Below, in pieces: positions 48,324 through 61,249 of a DNA stretch of 64,000 nt (its first letter is position 1; the number at the start of each line of letters is the position of its first letter). The notes under the pieces are model-generated. The model did no database searches and was not told where the DNA came from. It saw only the letters and a list, made by a program, of their open reading frames with translations. A program made the translations under genes and the position numbers. This DNA comes from Gnetum montanum (lineage: Eukaryota; Plantae; Gnetophyta): positions 408,344 to 472,343 of the forward strand of contig MNCI01002597.1 of the NCBI GenBank assembly GCA_015680685.1, in the 5' to 3' direction.

Positions 48324-50302
48324 TGTAATGATCGAAAACATCAGTGGCTGGAACACTGAGGTTGCCAGGCGTATAGCCTAACCTTAGATCCATGCGAGGG
48401 TCGTGCTGGAGAGAAACAAAAATGGGGTGCCCTAAATGGTCTAGTCAATTAGATAGGGACTTAACTAGTGTACAATAACCTTTCATAAACGTTGGTTCTT
48501 AAAAATGTTATATGCATGTTGAACAATAAGCGGCAAACATGAATGGACTAAGAATAATGTAAAAACATGAAAATAACAAAACAAAATGAAATAGGTTTAG
48601 GTGAGAAAGTGTACCGCCCCAAGGTTGTGGGATCTGATCTTTGCTTGAATGAAGGAGGTATACAAAAGATGGCAGTGGGGACAAGCACAGCTTGCAATGA
48701 AGCAATATGGTCACGAACCCTTTAACTGTTGTCAACAGCTTGCTAACAAAGTCCTTCTACTTGCCAAGACTAGTTGCCAAGAAGCCAAAATGCTAGAATG
48801 CCAAAAACACTCAGAAGCCAAACACGCTAGAAGCCAAGCACAAGAAAGATGAATATCAAAGCCAACTATGCAAAAGCCAACCCTTTGAACATTGTTTGTC
48901 GAGGTATTTATAAGGCCAGGAGCAGGAGAAAATGTGGTTTGGATGCCATGTGTCTTGTATCCCACAAAATGCAAACATGCTGCTATGTAGTATTGGGTGT
49001 GAAACCTGCCATACCGTGACCATACCGTTCATGCTTCATGTGCTAAAGTCTAGTGAGCTGCTATGTTCATTGCAAAGAAAACTACCAACAGGAAATGCAA
49101 ATTGGAGACTGTGCTCCAGGACTACATCTTCCCTACTCTTGCGAGCAGGATCAAGTGTAGGGACAACTTTGAGGATAGTTTAGGGGGGTGCAAAATGAAG
49201 CAAACTTGCTGTTGAAGAGATGCTAGGACGAGAATGATCATTGCCAACAACTTCTGTAGCTAACCAAAGGCGTCTTAATACTTCCAAGCAAGTGTTACAC
49301 TACTTGCATTGCCCAGCGTGTCAGTGTAGCATGAATAGCTGTATGCTACGCTGTGCTATGCTGTGTAGCATAGCATAGCATAATCGTCAATCTAGAAATA
49401 AGTTTTGCCTACTAAGTTTATCCTTGGGACATTTTGTTGTTTTGCATCCTCGCTATGCTGCAGCGTAGTGGCCAATATGACATGTATCCTTGTCTAATCT
49501 GCAATGTTTTGTCAAGAGACCTAAGAGCTAAGTGGGACATACATTTTTGGAGATCGAAGTGTTTCTAAGTACAATCCCCTTACTGGAACCACTTGGCAGA
49601 GGGCCCTTTGTGTGCTTTGTCCTTGCTACGTGTGCTACGCTGCATAGCGTAGCACAGCGTAGCACCCAATGTTGGCTGAATCCTGACTCATTGTGCAAAC
49701 ATTTCATAATAGGATGTTTTTCATGTCTTGGTGTGTCAGCAAAGCAAACCTATTTAATGGTTGAAGCAGGGGCAAATGCTTTTAACCCTTTGGATTTGTT
49801 TGAGTAGGAGTGTTGTCGAAGTACATCCCCGCTACGCTGTGTAGCGTAGCACAGTGTAGCACTCAGATTGAGCTGATTCTTGATAGAATTCGCCATACCC
49901 TGCTGTGCCATATCACTTTAGAAGACTAAATTATTATCAATTTGCATCCTGGACGTCTGATTGGTCTCCTCAAGACTTGCTACGCCATCTAGCGTAGCGT
50001 AGCATAGCAAGCTTCTCCGTTAGAAAACTTGCCAAACTGTTTAGCTCATCCTGAACACTTTCGCCAGCTTCTAGCATGGTCCTTGGGTAGACCGTCAGCT
50101 AGGTTGAATGTCAAGCTAGGCAGGCTAGAGAGTTTAGTAAGCCTGTCAACCCTAAAGATAGAAAACTTGCCAAACTGTATGGTTCACCCTGAGTGCCTAC
50201 GTTGTCCAGACAGTCCATCATGACCCTACACTTGTGGAAATCCTTGCCCGAATTTCAAGATTCTGCTGAAGCATTAGGGTCCTGAAATTTTATGGTGTTT
50301 CA
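48324..50302 (-). repeat. 5' LTR of the Tat element
   Basis: Direct repeat of 30766-32727; minus-strand TATA ccttataaatacc at ~48903-48915; gctacgc/gcgtagc motif clusters in U3. Confidence 0.95.
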
Positions 50303-50396
50303 GGAACCATGTAAATTTTTGTGTGTGCTTTATTTTATAAAGATTCAATTTCAGAAACTTATGCATCCCTCTTCTAAGTTTTATAATCCACAATAT

Positions 50397-51250
50397 CTAT
50401 GATATCGTAGCAACAATGTTGTAATATAATGTCATGGTACATGCTACGTCATCATTGATGCAATGTCTTGGGATGCATGTAGACCTATAAATATTGATAC
50501 TTGGGTGCATAATCTGATAGCTTTTCATTCAACCCTTAGCCAGATTCTTGTAGCTTGTTTTCATAAACTTAGCAATAAAGTGAATGCCACCAATGTGATG
50601 TTTGATAGTTGTCTAGTGTCTTTATTTGAGTGAATTATACTTGGAACGCACTTCATAAAGGCAATAAAGATTGAGATTGCATTCCATCATTGTAGCATTT
50701 CATTAGTTTTCTATTTGTTTAGTTAGCATAATTTTTATTATTTTCTTAGCTTAATAATTTACTTTCTAAAGCACTTTACTTTACATGTTATTACTAAGTG
50801 GTATGGATATGAATAGTTTTGAGCACTAAGTGTACGTATCTAGTAATCTAGTAGTGGTGTTGCTTGGTTTGCCCAATAGTAATTCCACTTGGTAATCCCA
50901 GTGATAGCTACACAAGTCCAAGGCATGAATGGTAAACCAGGACTAGATGTCCATCACATCAGGCTAAGATGGTTTTATGTTTTCTTAGTAAAGTAGACTA
51001 AGAATTTTACCTCTTATTTAATCATGTTTATGATTAGGAGCACTAAGGGCCTAAACAACATCAGTTAATCATACACCTCACTAAGAGCTAAACCATACAC
51101 TTGAACTTCACTAGCTCAAAGTAGGAAGAAAATGATCTCGAACTTAACTTCGATTACTAGCATAATAACATTGTCTAGCTGTGGATTATGATCACATGCT
51201 AGTACTTGTGACTTGTATGGTAGACTATTGGGATACTTCACCACTTATCA
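50397..51250 (+). repeat. Remainder of the A2 3' LTR
   Basis: Joins 25103-25134 to give an LTR homologous to 52661-53570 (-); cctataaata at ~50484; ends cacttatca. Confidence 0.88.
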
Positions 51251-51399
51251 CTTAGTATATTTGAACCAACCAACCCTATCTCTACCTACTTAGTTAGGTT
51301 AATTGCCCAGGTTGATACAATGATCATGATGGACAAAATGATGGAAAATTTGTACCATCATTTTCTATTGAATTTTTTTCTTTAGAAGTTGGTATTTTG

Positions 51400-52660
51400 C
51401 CAAAGCTTTCTAATACTACCATGAATCCTTTTGCAATTTTAAGTTCAAGCAGGAATATTAAAAGTGATGTAAATGTTATTTTTTATGTTTTCTACTCAGT
51501 GTTAAGTTTGTAATGTACTTTCAATTTTTGCTATTATGTTTTGGGATCTAACATCTTTCCAACACAATACTTTAGTATAACTTATGCAAAATAACAGGGT
51601 GTATTAAGTGTGATTTAAACTAACAATCCCTTGCATACAAATACATGTTAAACAATAAGGTAATCAATAACCAATGTTTTTTAATTATAATAACTTTTCT
51701 AGAATATTGGTTTACATGATCAATAAATTATTTGTTTGGAATAATGACTTCAAGTTGGGTGCAAAGCTTAGCACGACTTTAGTGTAGATTACATGAGTGA
51801 ACCAACTAGGCTATGGTCCTCTTTCTTAACAACCTTGCTTTTAACTGGTGGATTGCTAGAACTAGAACTTAAATGTACATTAACACATTCTAATACCTCA
51901 AAAACACTTCTATTATTTGTATCTATCAAGGTCATAATATTCTTTTACTTATACCTTGATAACACTTCTACTTGTAAAGTCAAAAATTATGCAAGATGAT
52001 TTGAAAAGTAATTTGCTAAGTGAAGGTATCAAGTGGAAGAAGATCTTGTAGAATCTATCAAGCAAATGCAAATTCTTTCAGAGTAGAATCCTTTTGATTT
52101 TAAAATTGAAGAAGTCTTAGCTAAAGCTTGTTATGCTAAACAGTATCGAGATTCTTTTGAAGCTAAAAGTGCTATCACTAAAAGTCACATCATGGGCTGA
52201 AAATTAAAGATGAACCTTACAAAGATTTTTTAAAATTTCTAAAACATAAGGATTAAGTACCTAAACTAAAATCACTTTATATAAATGGTTCCACCATTAC
52301 AAATCCTGAGACTATCAACAATTTTTTAGCAAATCATTTTTCTTCTAGTATACATATTTCTCATGTTATAATAGAAGCATATAAAAGTATTTTCAAAGCA
52401 TAAATTATGGTTGAAGAAATCAAAGTAGTTTCTTTGAGTTTAGCTTATTGTAAAGCTTCAAAATTTGATAGTTTCTCAATTGATTTTTTAAAAAAGCATT
52501 AGGAAATTGTTGGAGATGATCTCTTTCATGTTTTCCAAGAAGTTATTAAAAATGTTTTTCTTTGTTAAAAATATTACTAAGGTATATTTCATCTTCTTCC
52601 TAAGAATGGATATCTTTAAAATATTGGTAATTAGAGATCTATTACTCTTCTTAATAATAT
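51400..52660 (+). mobile_element. Highly degenerate LINE (L1-like) ORF2 fragment, cut by the A3 LTR
   Basis: IMVEEIKVVSLSLAYCKASKFDSFSIDFF..H*EIVGDDL (decayed KAPGPDGF motif, ~52405-52525) and IHLLPKNG..NIGN*RSITLLN (decayed NWRPISLLN, ~52586-52656). Left boundary uncertain. Confidence 0.75.
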
Positions 52661-53570
52661 TGATGAGTGGTGGAGCAATCCAACACCTAATCATACAAGT
52701 CACAAGTGTTCACGTGTGACTAGACTGTAATCCATGGACAAGGCAATGTAATTATGCTAGCAATTGGTTTAAGTTCGAGACCATTATCTTCCCACGTGGA
52801 GTTAGTGAAATCTATGGGTATGGTTTAACTCATAATGAGGTGCATGATAACTGATGTTGTTGGGCCATTGCTACTTCTAGTAAACATGATGAAATGAAAA
52901 TAGTTTCTAAGTCTAAGTAAAATAGTAAACAAATCTATTCTATCCTATGACAATATCTGTTGTTGATTTTCTATACATGTCTTGGGCTTATGTAATTGTT
53001 ACTGGAATTACCAACTATTTTTCTATTGGGTGAACCAAGTGATAATACTACTATGTTACTAAACGATCACACTTTACCCTTGAAATCAGTCATATCCATT
53101 CCACATACTAACAACAGTAAAATTAAAGTGCATGGAATACTAAAACATTAACTAGGAAAGTAGTAATTGGTAGTCTAAGTGAAAATGGTAAACATTATTC
53201 AAGTAAAGCAATAACGTAGGAGAATGCTACAATAGTATGAAATAGTTTGATCTTTATTGCCAATTACACTTGCACCTAAGTACAAGATGTTCAAATAAAG
53301 ACTCCATTCACTAAGTCACACTATAATGCAAACATTCATACTTCTAAGTACTTAAGACTAAATTCACAAAAACAAACTGAAAGAGTTCTATTACTATAGA
53401 ATGAAACTTCTTATAGATATATGTGCCTAAGTGTTCTATTTATAGGCTAGCACACATCCCATGATATCACATATACAATGACATAGCTTATGCTACGATA
53501 TTGGATCTATGATATTGTAGCTACAATATTGGATATATGGTATCATAGCAAAAGAAAAATTGACTTATCA
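52661..53570 (-). repeat. 3' LTR of A3
   Basis: Minus strand reads tgataagtc...ccactcatca; homologous to the A1 and A2 LTRs. Confidence 0.88.
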
Positions 53571-53757
53571 TATCCCCACAACTAATGGGAAACTCATGCT
53601 CAAGTTAAAACAAAATGAGGATAGAGCCCCTTACAAAATGGGAAGGTAGACTGATATGACACTATTTACAAGACACTAAATGTTGCAGTGGTGTTTACAA
53701 AATTAACACAAGTTATGAGAAGATAATTTGAAATAAAATAATAAAACTTGATGTAAC

Positions 53758-56353
53758 CTAAGTAGTGCATGGTGGTGGTGGTTTCTCCATTGGTTGCTTT
53801 TCCTTGTCATTAGGCTTCTGAAACTTGTATCTGTTAAGTAGTGCTTGAATTTTTTCATCTTCCATTCTTGAATCATGTACCATCCATGCCTATTGTGCAA
53901 TGTGTAATGGAGTTGGTACATCCCATGGACATGGCAGTTGCAAAAACATCTGATTAGATTTAACATACCATTTCATGAACTACCTCCTCTCTTCTTTGCA
54001 TGCCTTAGCCATCTTGTGTAACTCCTAATAATCAAACATTCTTCTAGTCAGGTTTGCTACAACATCTTTCTACCTTTGATAGCCATCCTTGACTATTTCT
54101 AATTTAGAGTTTGCTACATGGAGCTTTTGTATAGCATCTTTTTGATCTGCAAAATCCTTTTTGTACAATGCATATGTAGCTACTACTTACTATTCAAGCT
54201 CATTTTTGGGCTTGCTTACTATCAACATGACCAAGTTAGCATAACGGAGGTTAGCTAGCCCCATGTATTCCTTCAAATCTTCTATCTACATGTCTTTGTT
54301 TTTAATCTCTACTTGGTGAACATGAGCATAGCTAGCCAAGATGGATTGCTAGTTTTGATTTTGTGTTGATATGGAATTGATTTGGACTTTTTTCATCTAG
54401 ATTTCCTTCTTATTAATTTTTTTATACATGTCCACCTAATTGTGAAAGTGTTCTTTAGGCCTCTCATGCTTCTTTGCTTCATTGTACCACACACTTATCT
54501 CAATAGTTGTTTTTTGTTTGATTGCACGCACCTCCTCCATTAAGAGGGTTCTATTTTCTCTGGCTAAGCAGCTCATATCTTGGTTGATCCTTATTAGTTG
54601 TTCTTTGAACTAATGAATGATCTCATCAAGAATGTTCTTCTAATTCTCTACATTATTCAACCTGGTATTATTTGTAGCGAGTTGTTTATTTTCTTCTTAT
54701 ACTACAATGAATGCCTTATCATGTGCATGTGTCTATGCTTCTACTACTAAGGCATTTCACATCACTTTCTTCTTCTCATTCTTCATCTACTTATTTTGCT
54801 CCATTAGGTGATTGATATGTTTTATTCTAAACTACTCTACTCTACCCTGATTTTTGCCATGACTAGCTTTTCCTTGGTTGCTATTAACTCTAATTGCACT
54901 ATAGTAGCATTACTTGAGATGTCAAAAAGAGTTGTCATGTCTTGCCCAGTTTATAGTAGTCAATCTAGCACATCTTCATGATTTGCAAGAGTCATCAAGG
55001 TATCAGCTAACATTTGAACATTCCTTGCTACAATTAGATCCACTAGTGGAACAACAAGTACATTCTAGCACTACATAACCATGACTATGACTCCTTCTCC
55101 TATTTTAACAACCACTTTGAATGATGTAATGTTTCCAAAAATTTGGTGTGACTATTGGGCCTCACCTCCTAATTACAATGATATTTGTTCACTGATAGGA
55201 TTTGTGGACATGGTTGATTGAACAACACTATTAATGACTTTGTACAAATTGGCCTCCTCTTAGGTTCCCCAACTAATGACTCTACCATTTGTTGTAGATG
55301 ACTCACTGATGGTCTATAATCCTACAGTGATGGTAGTGGAACTTGCTACTATTATTGTTCTTGCTACTGACTACTGGGTCTCATTTGCTATTGTTTTATA
55401 GTAGTTTGTGTGGTTTCTCCACCTAATCTTTCTTTGGTGATGTTGGCTTCAATATCTTAGCATAGGAAGCATTTTGAGCCTTCCTAAGGATGTCATTGAT
55501 GTACCCCTAGGATTTCAACATGTTTACATAACTTCCTAATGAAGAAATAGAATGGAAGTATTAGTTTCGATACCTTTTTTTTTTCCTCAAATCACCTTTG
55601 GATCTCCATTAAGTAGAGTTCTGCGAGGTTTGCGTTATACTTCCCCATTCGTATGGCACTCCCTTTGGTATCATACATGGATAGTCTATTTAATATTTTT
55701 GTAGGAAATAGGTGATATGTGCCAATTTTGAAATAATTTCTCTCTTCAAGAGTTAACTCATTATACTCCTTGTCTTTTTTACCATATGTCCTTCACAACC
55801 ACAGTTTTTTGGTGTTTGTGTCTAATCTAGTGGATAGATGTGCTACTCTTGCTTCTTCATTGAGCATGTTAAGGGCTTTAGCTATCATTTTAACTGAATA
55901 AGAAACTAAGAATTCCTCAATATTAATTGTTGCATCCTCTCTTTTATTGTTCCAAAATTGATAGGCCTCCTCCAAATACCATTCTCCACTGTTTGAGATT
56001 GTGGGCCATAACAATGATACTTGGAGTTGCATCCTCACTGCTTTTAGAACAAATTCTAAGAACATGCCAAAGTTCATTTCCATGATCACTATAGTTAGGA
56101 TTGATTTCTCCTAGATGGCTTAGAGGCAATCTAGTGATGGAGTGAGGCACTATCCTTGTGCTTGTGGTCCTTTTATCTCCCCTTAGGTTGAATGTCTCAT
56201 AGTAGAAACTTCCTGATGGATGCTAAAAGATTGAGCCTCATGCTCTGCATGTTCTGCTTGTGGATCTTCTCTTGTTGAGCCTCTTCCATGGCCTTTGGAT
56301 CTTTTACTTGTTGGCTATGAGGGTGCTTATGTTGCTCCTCTCTTTGGGGCCAT
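53758..56353 (-). pseudogene. Degenerate extra ORF2 of A3
   Basis: MAPKR start; YLEEAYQFW...MIAKALNMLNEE; C-terminal QLPCPWDVPTPLHIAQ*AWMVHDSRMEDEKIQALL. Confidence 0.78.
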
Positions 56354-58421
56354 CTGTAATCATTAAGGATTTAGAACTTATTAGAGTATTTTCTCTTATT
56401 TTAATAACTCATTTCCTTCCTTACACCTTTAATTAGATCAAATTCTTAGCTTATTATGATCATAGAGTTAGAAATATTTCAAAAAGAAACACCTACAAAA
56501 GAAACCCTGTAGGTCTTAGTTTCCTTATACCCCTTCACAGTTATCCATTTTACTCTTGTTTATGGATCATAATAGTTGGCATGGTTTATTAAGAGGATTA
56601 TTCAAGTATTTCTTGCTTCATTTTTATTAAAAATTTCATTCTTGCCTTCATACTTACCCTTATAATACCTTTCGAGCGTTAGAGAATTCTAACTTTGATT
56701 TTTGTAATATCATGCCAAGCATACCCCAACAACTAAGTTGAGAGCTCTATGATCAACAAGGTTCAAGAATCATGGAAATTAGAGCTACGAGTGTGGAAAA
56801 AAAACTCTTCACTCTTCAAAAGCTAGAAATGAAAATTTTTGCCATATCCCTGCAGTATTTATACTTTCTATGTGCTACAATATCGGAGGAAAAATTTTCA
56901 GTTATTGTGTTGATATTTCATGAATAAAAATGAGTCATTTGAAATAATTGGAAGATATAAAACATGTTTAGATGGTCTTGGGCTATGAGTGATGCATATT
57001 TTTCAAAAATTTATCATAGAAAGTGCATAGAGAAGGAATCTTGACAATGAAAGTTCATTAAGCATTCATGCTATATGAATGGATGTATTAAATGTTAAGG
57101 GAAGTTTGTATTGACATTTATTGTTGTTGGAAGGCTCAAGATGATGTGGAATTACTTGCCAGGTATAAGATACAATAGTTATATAAGTGGATCCTCCCCA
57201 AAGTAGGCTCTAGCCCTTGGTGCCCTTGTATAACCATGCCTAAAAGTGTCCTTAGGCACTTAAGAAGTTGAATGTAATGCATACCTATTTAGCAAAACAC
57301 ACATGTTAGTACCACCATTTTGGAAAAATGTCACTATGCTACACAAAACCATAAGCTATAATTATTCAGACAATGAGATGAGATGGATGTAGAAAGGATT
57401 ACAAAAATCGGAATGTGAGGTGTCTTACCATAGGCACAATGAATTCTTTTGTTTTAGTAGTGGTTATAGTAATAATTAGCCCTTCTGTCCAAGATTCAAA
57501 CCAAGACTAGACCACATTCTAGTGACATCACATTATTTTATCTCTTGGAGTCACAACTGTGAGACTACCACTGTTGTAGGGGTATCGTCACTTGGCGTAT
57601 TGTTCAAAGGAGTTTATTCATTACACTTATTATTATTATTATTTGATTCCTAAGAAGCTAACTACCCTCAGGCATGGGTAACATGTCTTTCCAATGGGAC
57701 CCCTAGAAATTTATTCTATGCATGAGCTTTATTTTTATCTATGTCATCCTTACTAGAGGACTACCTTCAGGCCTAGGTAACATGTCTTTCTAGTAACATG
57801 GTAAGGTAACACTTTGTACTCTTACTTCCATTTTGCATTTGATCTACAAGGATATAATACAACCTAAGCAACAAAATAGAACTCACAACAGTAATGCAAG
57901 AGAGTCCACAAATCTCCTTCATGTCACATCCTTGACATTCCCACTTGGGTATTCACTTTTTGGTCCAAGCATAATGATCACAAGTTTATTTTCAATTTTA
58001 TGATGGAAGGAATTATCATTATGGGCATGGTAAGAATATTTTATTAATAGAATGAATGGATGAATATTATGGTCTCGCTATGCAAATAATCAATCCCTAA
58101 TGACTTGATAACATAGGAAAATCTTCACCTTATTGGACTACATCTTGCCTTATTCTTAATGTATTTTATTAGCAATCAAAATTATTTCAAAAAGAAATAA
58201 AAATATAGTATGAAAAAGATAGTAAGAATCGAAAAAGATGAAAAGAACAAAAAATGTTAAAAGAATGGAAATTTATTAAAGAATGGAAAAATGTGAAAGA
58301 ATTAGAAATTTATTAAGAAATGGAAAAGTATAAAAGAATGAAAAATTAAAAAGAAAATAAAAAGTTCAGTGAAGTACCAATGGATTCAAATGAACACCCC
58401 CATTACTATCTTCAGGATTGA

Positions 58422-61249
58422 TTAAATGAAAGAGAGAATAGGTGGAAGAAAGTTGGTCATATTGGGTAAATTCCTTAGAATGTTCATTGTGGAATTTGAC
58501 TTGTTGAATGTTAACAAGGATGAGCTTATGTGGCCATGATGGATGGTAAATATGTAAGGCACCAGATGGATAAGTGGTTTAAATAATGTATGGTCCCTCC
58601 CAAAGTATCTAAAATTTGGCTTTTTGGGGTACATGATTAGGATTATAGTAAAGGACCTTGTCACCTAGTTGTATAGTTACTTGCTTTATCTATGTGGCAT
58701 GCCTAAGTTTGGAGTAATCTTTTTGGACTTCATTAGTCATGAGTGCTATGAGCCTATTTTCATCTAAAAGATACAGATTCATGAGATGTTCTTTTTGGGC
58801 TAAGCTTAAATCAAGGTCAAGTTGACTGGTAGTAGCTAGAGTGTGGAGCTCTGCCTAGATTAAGAGCATTGGAAACTTGCCATAAACTAACTCATATGTT
58901 GAATACCCTATAGGTAGTTTCCAGGATGTCCTATAGGCCCATAGAGAATCATTTAGTTTAGTGCTTTAGTCCTTTCTAAATCTACTAATCATCATAGTAA
59001 GTATCCTAGTAATTTCTCGGTTATTAACTTCAGCTTGACCATTTGCTTGTGAATGATATGATGTTGTTAGCTTATGGCTCACTCCAAGTTGTTGCATGAG
59101 CTTTTTAAATGTAGCACTAGTAAAGTGAGTCCCATTTTTTGAAATGAGCATTCTTGGTACTTCAAATCTATCCATCACATCCTATTAAAAAAACTTGGTA
59201 GCTATCTTTGTTATATAGTCTTTTACTACTTTTTCCTTTGCCCACTTTGTATAGTAATCCATAGTCATAATTATGTACCCTTTTTCATTCAACATCAATG
59301 TTATGAGCCATATAAAATCAATTCCCCATGTGTCAAAAGGTTCAAGTGGTTATATCCATTATTGTGGCCCTTCATATTTGGTTGTAATTCCTCCTTCTCT
59401 TTGGCATTTCTCACAGGATTGCATAAAAGTATGGACGTCTCTGAACAAGGTAGACCAAAAGTAGCCTACTAGCATCAGTGCGTGTCATTCTACCCCCTAC
59501 ATAGTGGCCACCACAGGGGCCTTCATGGATGTCCTGCAAGACACTTTGTTAGTCAAACTCTAGCATACACCATCTGATGAGCCCATTTGCATAGATATTG
59601 TATAGATTGCCATTGATTTTCATATATCTTTTTGCTCTATGAAGGAACTATTCCCATTACTTTGTACTTCAGTTAGTGGAAAGCTCTTGTGTTGATAGAT
59701 AAGCAAGATATTCTATGGTCCATGGCTTCCCTATGGAACTTACAACCTTTACTATTTCAGTAAATAGGTTTTCATTAAGGAACTAATTAGATAAAGGTTT
59801 TGTTTGATCTTAGGTGTCCCACTTTAATCTTGATAGATGATCGGCTACCACATTTTCTGTTTCCTTTTTATTGATCATCGTGATGTCAAATTCTTATAGG
59901 ATAATGAGTCATCTAATCACTCTAGGACTAACCATTGTCTTATTTATGAGAAATTGGATAGCACTATGATCGATATGGACATAGATCTAATATCTAAGCA
60001 TGTAATGTCTGAACTTCTCAAGCACATACACCACAACCATCAGTTCCTTTTCTTGTGTGGTGTAGCTTAGTTGTGCCCTAGTGATGCTTTTTCTAGCATA
60101 GTGTTTGTAATAAGGTCTCTTCTTGTCATTTAGTTATATGAGTACGACACCAATTGCATAGTTTGAAGCATTGATCATGATGTGAAAAAGGCCTAGATCA
60201 ATCTAGAGCTTGAAGGATTGGTGTTTCAACTAGTTTATACTTTAGAGCTTCAAATGTCTTTTTGCATGACTCTTTCCACTCAAAGGATGCATTCTTCTTA
60301 GTGAGTTCAACAAGAGATTTTGCTATCTTTGAAAAATTTTCTATAAATCTTCTAAAATATCTCGTGTGGCCCAAGAATGATCTCACATATTTTACTATCA
60401 ATGGCCTTTGAGTGATATTCTGTATGACTCTAATCTTCTTAGGATCTACCTCTATGTTGTTTTACAAGATTTTATGTCCCAACACTATACCATCTTGGAT
60501 CACAAGATGGCTCTTCTATCAGTTGAGCTTAAGATTAGTTTCAACACATCTTTTCAGTACCTGCTCCAACCAGCCCAATGCTTACTTGAAATCAAGCCTA
60601 TATGTAAAGAAATTTTCCATAAATACTTCAATATCATTTCTAATCTATTTTTGAAAGATATTGAACACAAGTCTTTGGAATGTAGTAGGCACATTACAAA
60701 GATCAAATGGCATCTTCTTGTAAGCAAACATTCCCCATGGATTGGTGAACATTATTTTTCCCTGGTCTTCAAATGTAATGTAGATTTCATTATATCTACT
60801 GTGTCCATCTAGAAAACTGTAGTACTCATGTCCTATGATGGTATCAAGGACCTAATCAACAAATGGTAGAGGGAAGTGATCCTTGAATGTAGCAGTGTTC
60901 AACATCCAAAAGTCAATGCAGACTCACCATTTGCCCTCCTTCTTTGGAACAATTACTAAGGGATTGATCCATTTACTATCTACAATAAGATAGATTTATA
61001 CCACCTTTAGCAATTTCTCAAACTCTTGCTTGACTACTTCTTTTAGTTTAGGATCAAGCCTTCATGAGGTTGACGTTGTGGTTTGACTGCTAGACCAATA
61101 TATATCTAATGTTGACAGATTCTTGGATCAATTCCCATGATCTCATTGTAAGACCACGCAAATGCTATAGGCCACTTGTTAATCACTTCCAATAAATTTT
61201 TCTTTTGTTCTTCTCTTAGGTTGATCTTGGTGTTGGAAATCTCAATTCT
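58422..61249 (-). pseudogene. pol: Degenerate pol (RT-RH-INT) of A3
   Basis: AFAWSYNEIMGIDPRICQH, KDHFPLPFVD, YYSFLDG, VRSFLGHTRYFRRFIENFSKIAK, HEGPCGGHY, RFEVPRMLISKNGTHF, YHSQANGQAEVNNREI, WEGPY. Confidence 0.93.

Larger units (their letters stand above)
30766..50302 (-). mobile_element. Full-length Tat-lineage (Ogre/Retand-type) Ty3/gypsy element, 19.5 kb, inserted in the SIRE 3' LTR
   Basis: Perfect 5-bp TSD ggaac at 30761-30765 and 50303-50307; paired ~2 kb LTRs; PBS; PPT; gag-PR; RT-RH-aRH-INT. The SIRE LTR sequence rejoins across the insertion. Confidence 0.96.
25135..50392 (+). mobile_element. Non-autonomous SIRE-like Ty1/copia element inserted 32 bp into the A2 3' LTR
   Basis: TG...CA ends (tgtacaaatgg / taatccaca) flanked by atat at 25131-25134 and 50393-50396. 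Has a Met-type PBS, SIRE-type gag, extra ORF and multiple PPT-like tracts. Confidence 0.88.
15706..51250 (+). mobile_element. Non-autonomous Athila-like gypsy element A2 (gag-PR + ORF2, no RT/RH/INT); 3' LTR split by nested insertions
   Basis: Partial 5' LTR 15706-16289 matches 50675-51250. Has PBS, gag, protease, ORF2 and PPT ttagggggta (25093-25102). 3' LTR = 25103-25134 plus 50397-51250. Confidence 0.88.
52661..61249 (-). mobile_element. Athila-like gypsy element A3 (pol + ORF2 + 3' LTR), interrupted on its 5' side by a Tat-type LTR
   Basis: 3' LTR, PPT gttgtggggata (53571-53582), ORF2, non-coding region homologous to 20230-22100, internal G tract at ~58395-58401, pol. Confidence 0.9.

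Noticed and set aside
59572-59600. CTGATGAG hammerhead-ribozyme core
   Set aside because: Lies within pol coding sequence with no GAAA partner or flanking helices.
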